Of a DNA stretch of 64,000 bases, positions 53,108-64,000 are shown piece after piece (the first letter of the stretch is position 1; each line of letters starts with the position of its first letter). The translations under genes and the position numbers were made by a program. The stretch covers positions 61,442,001-61,506,000 of the forward strand of contig OX597832.1 of the NCBI GenBank assembly GCA_951406725.2, written 5' to 3'. The notes below the pieces were generated by a model. That model had not been told where the DNA came from. It ran no database searches and saw only the letters and a list, made by a program, of their open reading frames with translations. This DNA comes from Octopus vulgaris. Taxonomy: Eukaryota.

Positions 53108-53662
53108 AGTTGATGCAGTACCAGGTAGTGGTTCTCGTAGATTCTGATCTTAACTGACTGGAAGTGTTATCATGTACAATGTTTTGTCTTGGTATAAAAG
53201 ACGGACTACAGCAAATATTCTGCTCAGTACCACAGATTTGCTTGTCAGTTACTTGACCTTAAATAGTGGAGCATTGCCCTTGGTGGGTGGCGATACGTGC
53301 ATATCTGATCACGAACAGAAGTAGTGGGGGTGCATCATAGCCATGTGTTTCGAGGAATTCTTTGGAGTTTGGATAATTCTCCTCAGGAAACATGCGTGGC
53401 TCTTTCAACATCCTTAAACGATCCTTATTCAGGGGCCTTTTGAGCAGGATGGGCTACCCGTCCTTAAGAAAATTCTAATTGGGCCCCACCTGCAAGGTCA
53501 TGCACTGTTTATCTTCATATTACATCACAATGTCGCATACATATTATTCTTGATGCATGTGCCTGGTGTACCCTTATCAGACGGGTAGTCATGATGGGTA
53601 TACAGAGTTTCATATACTTTGTCCTAATGTCACTACGGTGGCATGCGCTGCTTTCTCACTCA
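53108..53662 (+). mobile_element. (TAA)n-embedded retroposon, longer copy
   Basis: The 3' two thirds align with 11798-12135. TAA repeats on both sides. Confidence 0.75.
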
Positions 53663-53677
53663 ATAATAATGATGATG

Positions 53678-53738
<61 letters not shown>

Positions 53739-54649
53739 TAATAATAATAATAATAATAATAATGATAATTTCATTTATTTTCCACAAGGGTGAAGGATGA
53801 GAGGACAATACAGAGGCAGGCATAAAGTGCGGGGGTTTACCTATAATAATGAAATGATAAAAACAAATAAAGTAGACACGCTATACACTGAAAAAGAAGG
53901 GACACATTCATAGCCTACAAAGGTTAAAGAAAAAGTAGCGGGGAGGATGATAGAGATGTGGCCCTCTTGATACAGGAAGGCTTCTAGAGATAATCGAGGA
54001 ACCCCAATGTACGAGATTTCATTGGAACACCAAGAGAAAGTGTCTTGTCCAATTCCTTAAGATTTGATCCCATATGACGGGATACGACATTCAAGAAGGA
54101 TAAATATGATAACGATGATATCAATGATAAAAACGACGATAGGGACTATAACGATGAAAAATAATGATGATGATGATGATGATGAAGATGATAGTAGTGG
54201 TGTTAATCGTCGTGGTGGTCATGGGTAGCGATGGAGCTGATGATAACGCATATAGTGTTGGTGGTGGCGGTGGTGGCGGTGGTGGTGGCGGCGGCGGTGG
54301 CGGTGATGGTGGTGGTGGTGGTGGTGGTTTTAGTCATGATAATAATGATTGTATTAATGATGATGGCGACAATAAAAATGATAACTATATCCTTAACACT
54401 AATTAAAAATTTATGTCAGCCACATGGCTGCCTGCATTGTGTCATTCACACGCACTCACATACACACGCACACACATTTGCATTTCATTATACACATAGA
54501 TACATATGCATATATGTATATATATATATAAACATATACATATATGTGTATATATATGTATATATATGTATATATATATAAACATATACATATATGTATG
54601 TATATATATGTATATATATGTATATATATATAAACATATACATATATGG

Positions 54650-54680
<31 letters not shown>

Positions 54681-55629
54681 CGTGTGTAGAGATACATGTA
54701 CGTATCCACGCACACTCTTCCACACATAATCATACTTACACACACACTCATACACATATGCACACGAATGTATGTGTGTATGTGTGTGTGTGTGTGTGTG
54801 TATGTACGTATATATTCGGGCATACATGAGTACATATATATTTATATGTGTCCGTGTTTGTGTGTGTGTATGTGTTTATGTGTGTGTATATATCTACGTT
54901 TGCGTATGTGTGTCGATGTATGTATGTATATGTCTGTGTGGTATGTAGGAGAGGAAAATCTGAGTTTTCTAGTTTTAAAATGACGGAAACCGAAAAAAAA
55001 AGAAGAAATAATAATAAATGAAAAAATAATAAAATAAAAACCCGAAGCGCGGAAATTTTATAAAAACAAAACCGCATAAATAAATAAAGCATATAAAACA
55101 AATAAAATACAATAAATTGAGGTTAAAAAAAAAGCCACATTTATTGTAAAATTTAAATTGCTAAAGGGTTTTATTGGGTTATTGAACCTTATCGAAATTT
55201 CTTGCCAAACAAAATCAATACGGTGCTGTGAATATATTCCATAAAGAGGTCGACTTAACTTCTTAAGATAGCTAACTTGATCGCTTCTTATATTATCCTC
55301 ACATCTACTCCTCTCTCTCTCTTTATCTCTCTCTCTTTCTCTCTCTCTCTCTATCTATCTTCTCTGCGTCTCTTTCGGTTTCTTCTATATGTGAAACATA
55401 TTGAGGTAGGGATGAAATGATGGTGTAGTCAGAGCGAATCCACTGGTGAAAATAGTTAATATAAAAGTCTTTGACCTGCCTTTCATTAAATTAACAGCCA
55501 TTTTGTTTCTTGTTTTTTTGTTTGTTTATTTATTATTTTTTTTGTTGCAATGTGATATATGTTGTGTGTGTATGTTTGTCTTTATGTGTATGTTTATTCA
55601 TATATCTGTATCTATATATATGTATTCGA

Positions 55630-55696
<67 letters not shown>

Positions 55697-55880
55697 CATA
55701 TATATATACATATACATATATCTATAACGAACACATATCTATCTATATATCTATCTGTCTGTAAGTCTGTCTATCTGCCTGTATGTATGTAAAGAGAGTA
55801 AGGGAGATAAATGGATAGATAGACAGATAAATAAATAGACCTGTATATATACATACATATATATATATACACATTAATAT

Positions 55881-55939
<59 letters not shown>

Positions 55940-55988
55940 TATATACTTTTGCAAAGTGCGTGGAATCTGTGTACATGAATATGCATGC

Positions 55989-56033
<45 letters not shown>

Positions 56034-56640
56034 TACACACATGTATATATATATACATACACATGTTCATGTATATAGTAATATTTGTTTGTGTCTGTGT
56101 GTGCATACATATATATATATATGTATGCATATACATATATATATATATATACATACATATATACATTTATATAATGTGTATGCATATATATATATATATA
56201 TGCATATGCATACACACGTATATAGAGACTTACATTCAGATGCATATACATCCATCCATATAACAGACACACACACACACACATACATCTACGTTAGCAC
56301 ATTCTCTCATACACCTAATATCATTACATACTATGATCTACACTAAAATATCTTCAAGGTTCTTCACAGAAACATCAAAGAACAATGCCAATATAATAAT
56401 CCCAAGTCTTGCCTCACCATTTCTAAATAAACTCGGTAAAAACGCTTACTCAGTTTTCTTGGAAAACTCTTAACTTAATCTCCAAGGTATTCAGTAAGAT
56501 TTTTCGAAAGCTGAAGCATTTTTCTGATAACCACACAGAATACATAAATGCAAGTCATTCGGTTTGCTGGAAATAACAACTATGTCTCCTTCGAATTTGT
56601 TTTAAACCAGAAAGTATATATCTAGTAGTTTATTTCTATG

Positions 56641-56841
56641 CAGCATGGCCGTGTGGTAAGAAGATTCCTTCCAAACCACACGTTTCCGGGTTCAGTTACA
56701 CTGCGCAGCACCTTGGGCAAATGTCTTCTGCTATAGCCTCGGGCCGACCAAAGCCTTGTGAGTGGATCTGGTAGATGGAAACTGAAACAAGCCCGTCGTA
56801 TCTGTCTATGTATCTCTCTCTCTCTCTCTCTCTCTCTCTTC

Positions 56842-56899
<58 letters not shown>

Positions 56900-57020
56900 A
56901 TATGGTCATGTTTGTGTGACTGTCTTTGTCTTTGACAACTGATGTTGGAGTGGTTATGACCCCATAACTTAGCGGTTAGGCAATGAGACCAGTAGAATAA
57001 GTACTAGGCTTACGAAGAAT
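56641..57020 (+). mobile_element. SINE family 1 with internal TC/TATC tract
   Basis: Head and mid-part match 30010-30340. Confidence 0.8.
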
Positions 57021-57021
57021 A

Positions 57022-57539
57022 CCATTTTCATCGTACTTATGTCTATGGCAAAAGAATGTGTCTGAAACGTCTAGAGACAACCACGTTCATCTCTGATCAA
57101 TCTCGCATCAAGTATCACTTGAAGAGGAAAGTGAGAGTAGAGCCGGGAAGTTTTGTCTAGTGAATATTTCAAAAAAAGATGGGTGAATGTAGCAAGGATG
57201 GCACGTGTAAATTACGGAGCCAGCTTGAGCATAATCCTATGAACCAAAAAAGAAAAAAGAAAGGAAAAAAGAGAGCTTTTTTGCATGCCACTTTTGCCCA
57301 AGGTTCCCGTGGTCTTTTCCGTAGGCTATTCTTTCCACGGAACAACCTAAACTCTTTTCTCTTTTTACATTGATATTTCTCTGAAACACGAACCCTATTG
57401 ATCGGTCCCCACCACTTCTTTTTGTTCCACGATACCTTTTGATCGGAATTCTACCCTTTTTACTTCTCTTCTCAAAAAGAAAAGCTCTACTTTGTATTGT
57501 GTCTCTTCCATGTTCAGCCCTGTGTGGCCAATAAAGAAG
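57022..57539 (+). mobile_element. Tx1-like LINE 3' fragment (older subfamily)
   Basis: Homologous to 58555-59175. Ends gtgtggccaataaagaag followed by (TATC)n. Confidence 0.8.
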
Positions 57540-57641
<102 letters not shown>

Positions 57642-57668
57642 CATCTATCTATCTATCTATCCATCTAA

Positions 57669-57706
<38 letters not shown>

Positions 57707-59175
57707 CGCCACCTCCGCTCCCTAAAAGGTCGAGCGGAGGTGGCGAACACGTACATCGCGTCCGTCATCTACTACCGCCTGACCGTCGTACCTTGTCCCG
57801 ACCCTACCATCACCAAACTACAACGCATCCTCTTTCGCTTCTTGTGGAAAGGATGCGTCCCGATGGTCAGGCGATCCATTTGCTGTCAACACCCGTTAAA
57901 AGGAGGGCTGGGCATGCCGTGGTTGATGATGCGCAGACACGCGCTGAGACTGCGGCATCTCTGGCTCTATGTAGACGACGGTGAACAGGTGTGGTCGCCG
58001 TTTGTGAGGCACGCTTTCCCGCAGCTCGTCTCCATGACCGAACTGCAGTCGTGGATCAAAAAGAGGCCGAGGAAGGGCGAATGGCACCGCGAGTGTCGCG
58101 TTGCTCTCAAGCAACTCTGCCGTCCTGGGTCGACCTTAAGTGACTTCAACACAACCAAAGCATTCTATAGGGGTTTAGTGGAGGGGAGGTACGACGACGA
58201 GCTCGGGGCGAACCTGGACGTCGACGAGGAGTACCTGACCCGCCTGTTCAGGACGACTTTCGGGCCAGGGCCCATGGACAACTTCCAGAGATCCCTGGCC
58301 TGGCAGTGCTACCGAGAAGCGCTACCCGTTCGGGATAAGCTCTACAGACACGGCTCGAGAAACACGGGGCCGACCTGCCCGAGATGCGGTCAGAGCGACG
58401 AAACCGTTCTGCACGCACTCGTTCAGTGTCCAACAATTTCCGACCTGTGGGCTATGTCGAACAACTGCTGTCACGTGTGGGATGAGTCGGTTTATCAGCT
58501 GAGTCTATCGTCAATATTGTCACGCCTCCTTCCTTCAAACGGGAAGGAAGAGCTATTTTCATCATCCTTGTGGCTATGGCGAAAGAATGTATCTGGTGGA
58601 CGCGTCTGAAAGGATTGGAGACAAACACTTTCCTCTCTGGTCAATCTCTCATCAACTTCTTCAAGTACCACTTGAAAAGGAAAGTGAGAGTAGAGAGGCA
58701 AGTTTTGTCTAGCGAATGTTTTAAAAAAAGATGGGTGAATGTAGCAAGAATGGCACGTATGAATGACGAAGCCACCTTGAGCATAGTCCTATGAACCCAG
58801 AAATCGAAAACAGAGAGTTGCTTATTTGCAAAAAAAAAAAAAAAGAAATATAAAATGTGACATCATTGACCGAGGTTACCGTGGTCTTTTCCGTAGGCTT
58901 TTCTTTCCACGGGTAAACCTCACCTGTCCTCCCCTTTACACTTCATATTGACATTTCTGTGATAACGATCCCTATTGATCAATTTTTTTCCTCCCCCCTT
59001 TTTTTTAAACCCCCTTTTTTTTGTCCTCTTTCTCTCCTTTTACGATCCCTTTTGATCGAAACTCCCCCTTCCTTTTTTTTTTTTTTTTTTTTTTTTTTCT
59101 TAAACCTTCAAAAGAAAAGCTCTACCTTGTAATTTGTTCTATCTGTGTGCAGCCCTGTGTGGCTAATAAAGAAAC
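57707..59175 (+). pseudogene. Tx1/L1-clade LINE, 5'-truncated ORF2 C-terminus (post-RT region and CCHC zinc finger) plus 3' UTR
   Basis: SLKGRAEVAN..IAS.IYY...FRFLWKG...KGGLGMP...LAWQ...ALPV...CPRCGQSDETVLHALVQCP. Frameshift at ~58451, continuation to a stop at 58794. (TATC)n on both sides. Confidence 0.9.
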
Positions 59176-59201
59176 ATATCTGTCTATCTATCTATCTATC
59201 C

Positions 59202-59271
<70 letters not shown>

Positions 59272-59435
59272 ATATCTATCTACCTATCTATCTACCTATC
59301 TATCTAGTGATCTATTTATCTGTCTGAGTGTGTGTCTATCTGTCTGTCACTGTTTCTATTTGTTTGTCCGTCTGTCCATCTATCAATCTGTCTATCTATT
59401 TACCTATCTATCTATATCTACATAAATATGTAATG

Positions 59436-60295
59436 CACTCACATGCAGGAAGTAAGTAGACACCTTTAATTTTCAAAACCTTTTATTTAATACGCAAAGC
59501 AAACAATTGAAATGTAATTGATAGATAGGACTACATACTTTAGTATTTAGTTGACATTCCCTTTACAGTTTTTAATTCAGAAACTCTTTTTGGCATTGAA
59601 CTGATGAGCTTTGTGATTATCTCTTGTAGAATTTCTGCCCACTTTTCACGCAACAATCGAAACAATTCATCTTTAGTTGAATTTGTTTCTTATAGCTCTA
59701 TCTAGTATGCTCCAAAGACTTTCAATTAGGTTCATATCAGGAGATTGGCTCGGCAAAGGAGGCTTTTTAATCCCATTTTCAGTCAACCATTGTTGATTCC
59801 TTTTCGCTGTGTGGCATTAAGCCCCATCTTCCATGAATAAAAACTCATTTTTCGTTATGTTATCGTTCTTGGACTAACTTCTAACTGTTTTACAATGTCA
59901 CAAGCCTTCGAACGGGGTTCGTTCTCCACAATTCTTTCAGCGAAGCTGCCTTCCCGAGAGCCCAGGTCGGCCGAGACGGGAATCGGTTGATTCTGTTCCT
60001 TGGCTTTTGTATTGCACTGTAATTCTATTAACAGTAGCAAGAGGAATTTGAAGATTTTCATTAAGTTTTCGCTGGCTAAGAGAAGCCTCAGATTGCCAAA
60101 CAATACGACCTCTTTGAAAATCTGAATTTATTGTGCGTGGCATGGTTACACTTCACAAATGTTTAATATAATGGCACCTGGAATAAAAAAAACAATAAAT
60201 TGTAAATTCTATAGCGCTGATATTAATATGTCTTAACATACTAAGACGGTTAGATCAGAAATTAAAGGTATCTATTGACTTTCAGCATGTCTTTG
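59436..60295 (-). mobile_element. Tc1-like transposon, internally deleted, both TIRs present
   Basis: TIRs catgcaggaagtaagtagacacctttaat and attaaaggtatctattgactttcagcatg. N-terminal HTH (MPRTINSDFQRGRIV...GRP) plus FMEDGA*CH and SQSPDMNLIESLW. Confidence 0.85.
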
Positions 60296-60904
60296 TATAT
60301 ATGTATGTGTGTGTGTATGTGTGTATCAAAGTAGGTGTTTAGACAACATTTTTGGCATTATATATTCACCATTACATATGTTTCATTTGCTAATAGGAGT
60401 TATAAAACTTGTAGAATAATAATAACTAGCAGTAGAAGAAGAAGAACAACAACAACAACAACAACAAGAATGAATGAATAGGAGGAGGAGCAGGGGGAGG
60501 TGGGGTGGAAGAGGAGCAGGAGGATCAGTAGGGGTAGAATTAGCACTTGTGCTGGTTGTGCAGGCTGTAGATTTCTTGTTACTATTTTTATTAAATGTTG
60601 AAGATGCTGATTTATTTTGGCTTGGAATATCCATTCTACTAGTTTGAGTAAACGCTGAAATGAAAGAATACTTCAATATTCATATTCTAGTAAAATATAC
60701 AAGTGCACATGATGTATTTAGTAAATTTCCGTCCACGTTTGTAAATAGACAGACGTTTATAAATTCGCATAAATACGCACAGCCACCCCCCATACACACA
60801 CACACGCACGCACACACACACACACACACAAACACACCTAACTAATTATCCCTCTCTGTCTGTCTGTCTGTATATATATATATATATATATATACATACA
60901 TATG

Positions 60905-61110
60905 TAACATACAAAATATAACCGTGTGTATATCATTGGCGATTTTCTTCCTCCGTCTTCCCTTCCATTGACCTTTCCTCTATTTCTGAAGAAGAGCTTT
61001 GCTCGAAACGTTAAATCCCCTTTCCTTCCTTTCCTGAGCGTATGATAATACAGTGCTTGTACCACGTCCTCGCGTTATTGTTTTTTCTTGATTGTTCTCT
61101 GTTTGGATTC
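60905..61110 (+). mobile_element. Hammerhead-bearing element, family B
   Basis: Homolog of 3090-3330, in a TA/TC microsatellite context. Confidence 0.7.
60982..61016 (+). ncRNA. Minimal type I hammerhead, intact core
   Basis: attt-CTGAAGA-A-GAGC-ttt-GCTC-GAAAC-GTT-aaat, with palindromic stem III AACGTT. Confidence 0.75.
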
Positions 61111-61111
61111 A

Positions 61112-61160
<49 letters not shown>

Positions 61161-61219
61161 CACATTTGCTTTTATATATATATGTATATATATATATATT
61201 TATATATATATATGCATTT

Positions 61220-61283
<64 letters not shown>

Positions 61284-61316
61284 TGTGTATCGAGTTTTGT
61301 ATATCTAACTATCATC

Positions 61317-61373
<57 letters not shown>

Positions 61374-61427
61374 AATCAATCAATCTATCTATATAACTAA
61401 AGCTATATCTCTCCCTGTATATGTAAA

Positions 61428-61466
<39 letters not shown>

Positions 61467-61504
61467 TGTATATATATATATATACACAGACACATTTGCT
61501 TTTG

Positions 61505-61618
<114 letters not shown>

Positions 61619-62015
61619 TTATATATATACATGTATATATATAAATGTATATCTGTGTGCGTATGTGTGTCTGTGTTGTCTATGTGTTTATATATTTATA
61701 TGCATTAAACAAACACTCTAGATTCTGGTACATCTACTGATTTCATTCTCATTTTTATGATTGGATAATAAAATCAATTGTAAGTTTGGATTATGTATTT
61801 TATTGATAATTTTCTATGATGTTAAATGCGTTGTCCTTTTTGCTAATGACGTATATTTATATTTGCTAAGAGGCGTTGTTGCTTCGTTCGCGTTATAATT
61901 TCTAATGTTGTAAATATTATGGTTAATTGCGGCCATATTTGTTTTTGGTAGAAATTATTATAATAACAACAATAATAATAATAATAAGGATATAAAGATG
62001 ATAATAGTAACATAG

Positions 62016-62102
<87 letters not shown>

Positions 62103-62318
62103 TGATGATGATGATGATGATGATGATAATAATAATAGTAATAATAATCATGATGTTAATGATGATGACAATAATAATATATCAATTACAATATTATTAC
62201 ATTCTTTATGGAGTTTTAGTATTCCACATTGATGGGAGAGTTTAGCAATCATCTATTTTACATCCATTTACATCATATTCGTTTGAAGTACTTTTCACAC
62301 ACGCACATTCCGGCGTAT

Positions 62319-62353
<35 letters not shown>

Positions 62354-62690
62354 GTTGGATAAATATATATACGCAATATAATTTTATGCATATGTATAAA
62401 CATATACGTACTTGTGTACGCATGTTGACGCTTGTGCCTGTATGTGTGCACTCACAAACACACACACACGCACACACACATACATACATATATATATATA
62501 CTTATGCACACATGGGTATTTATGCTTACATACAGTCACACACAGATATATATGTTTACATGTATATGTATATAAGGGTTTATATATCAATGTAAATACA
62601 TTATATATGTATGCTTATGTATACTTATATGTATGTATGCATATGTATCAATATATGTACAAACGCAGACACACAATCACACGCACACAT

Positions 62691-62736
<46 letters not shown>

Positions 62737-62903
62737 CTGTTATACATATGTATTTACACATATTCGATAGCATATATTCGTATATATACACTGATATATG
62801 CATTTGTACTTATATATGTATCGTTAGATAGATAGATAGATAGATAGATAAAGAGGGAGAGAGTATATATATATATATATGTATTAAAATGTGTATGAAT
62901 ATG

Positions 62904-62961
<58 letters not shown>

Positions 62962-63197
62962 CTTATATATATGAAACAAATTACACACACACACAAATAT
63001 ACAGATATGATGTATATATATGTACGTGTGTATATATATATAATATATACATTTATATATATATATACATATTTATGTATGTTCATATATATATATATAT
63101 GTGCACACACATACATAGGTAGATAGATAAATAGGTAAACTTTACTCTGTATATATATATATATAATTATATATAAATATTTATTTATATAAATGTA

Positions 63198-63232
<35 letters not shown>

Positions 63233-63263
63233 GTATCTATATCTCCATATCTGTCTGTGTATC

Positions 63264-63354
<91 letters not shown>

Positions 63355-63919
63355 TTATCTATATATATGTGTATGTATGCATATATATATATATGTGTGT
63401 GTGTATATATAAATGTATGTACGTATATATATATATGTCCGTTCGTCTCTGCTCGCTGATGGCTCTGTCTCATCATAACATTCTATTTTTATAGCAGTTT
63501 CTCGATTCATTTATTATCATATTTTTTTATTCCTCTCCTTCAGCTTCTAAATTATGTAATAAAACATTATCAATTTCACTGACAACTTGCACTCGCTCTT
63601 CGTATGCGGCTTCATACTGTTCCATATAGTATTGCTTGTAAATCGTGAATCGCTTTTGGTACTTTAATTTGAAAACACAATAACGTGTTCTCATAAAGTT
63701 TTATTTGTCTGTCTCTATGATTCATTAAGCTAGTTATTCTATCTCTAATGGGAATATTCTCTCAACCTAATTATTTAGAACTGCATTCTCGCAATTGTTT
63801 GAATGATCATAAATGATCATTCTTTTCGAATGTTATTGCGGAAGTTTTTATGCGCATAATACACGCATACACACCAAAGCAGATGTTTTTATTCACATAG
63901 ATATATGTGTGTATATATA

Positions 63920-63952
<33 letters not shown>

Positions 63953-63961
63953 ATATATTCA

Positions 63962-63997
<36 letters not shown>

Positions 63998-64000
63998 TAT

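Noticed and set aside
53762-54090. Possible 3' UTR of another LINE abutting TAA
   Set aside because: Single copy in the window with no coding remnant, so it cannot be assigned.

Overview
This is eukaryotic, AT-rich intergenic or intronic DNA with no supportable host protein-coding exon. The SINE families and extreme microsatellite load point to a coleoid cephalopod, probably Octopus (inference). Almost all ORFs in the track are translations of (TA)n, (CA)n, (TATC)n and (TAA)n repeats. The real content is mobile elements: (i) several tRNA-derived SINE families; (ii) decayed mariner (cecropia- and irritans-like) and Tc1 transposons; (iii) 3' fragments of R4/Dong-type RLE LINEs next to (TAA)n; (iv) Tx1-type LINE 3' ends next to (TATC)n; (v) many short Penelope-like element (PLE) pLTR remnants sitting mostly in (TA)n. 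The PLE remnants carry minimal type I hammerhead ribozyme motifs (about 15, intact to degenerate) and fold-back inverted repeats. Most notable are a repeated ~185-bp element whose hammerhead core carries A6>U (CUGUNGA), an apparent partition of microsatellite types among retroelement classes, and a series of fold-back duplications with arms from 12 to ~500 bp, the two largest of which copied unrelated flanking DNA. All structures were read by eye and coordinates of degenerate elements are approximate.
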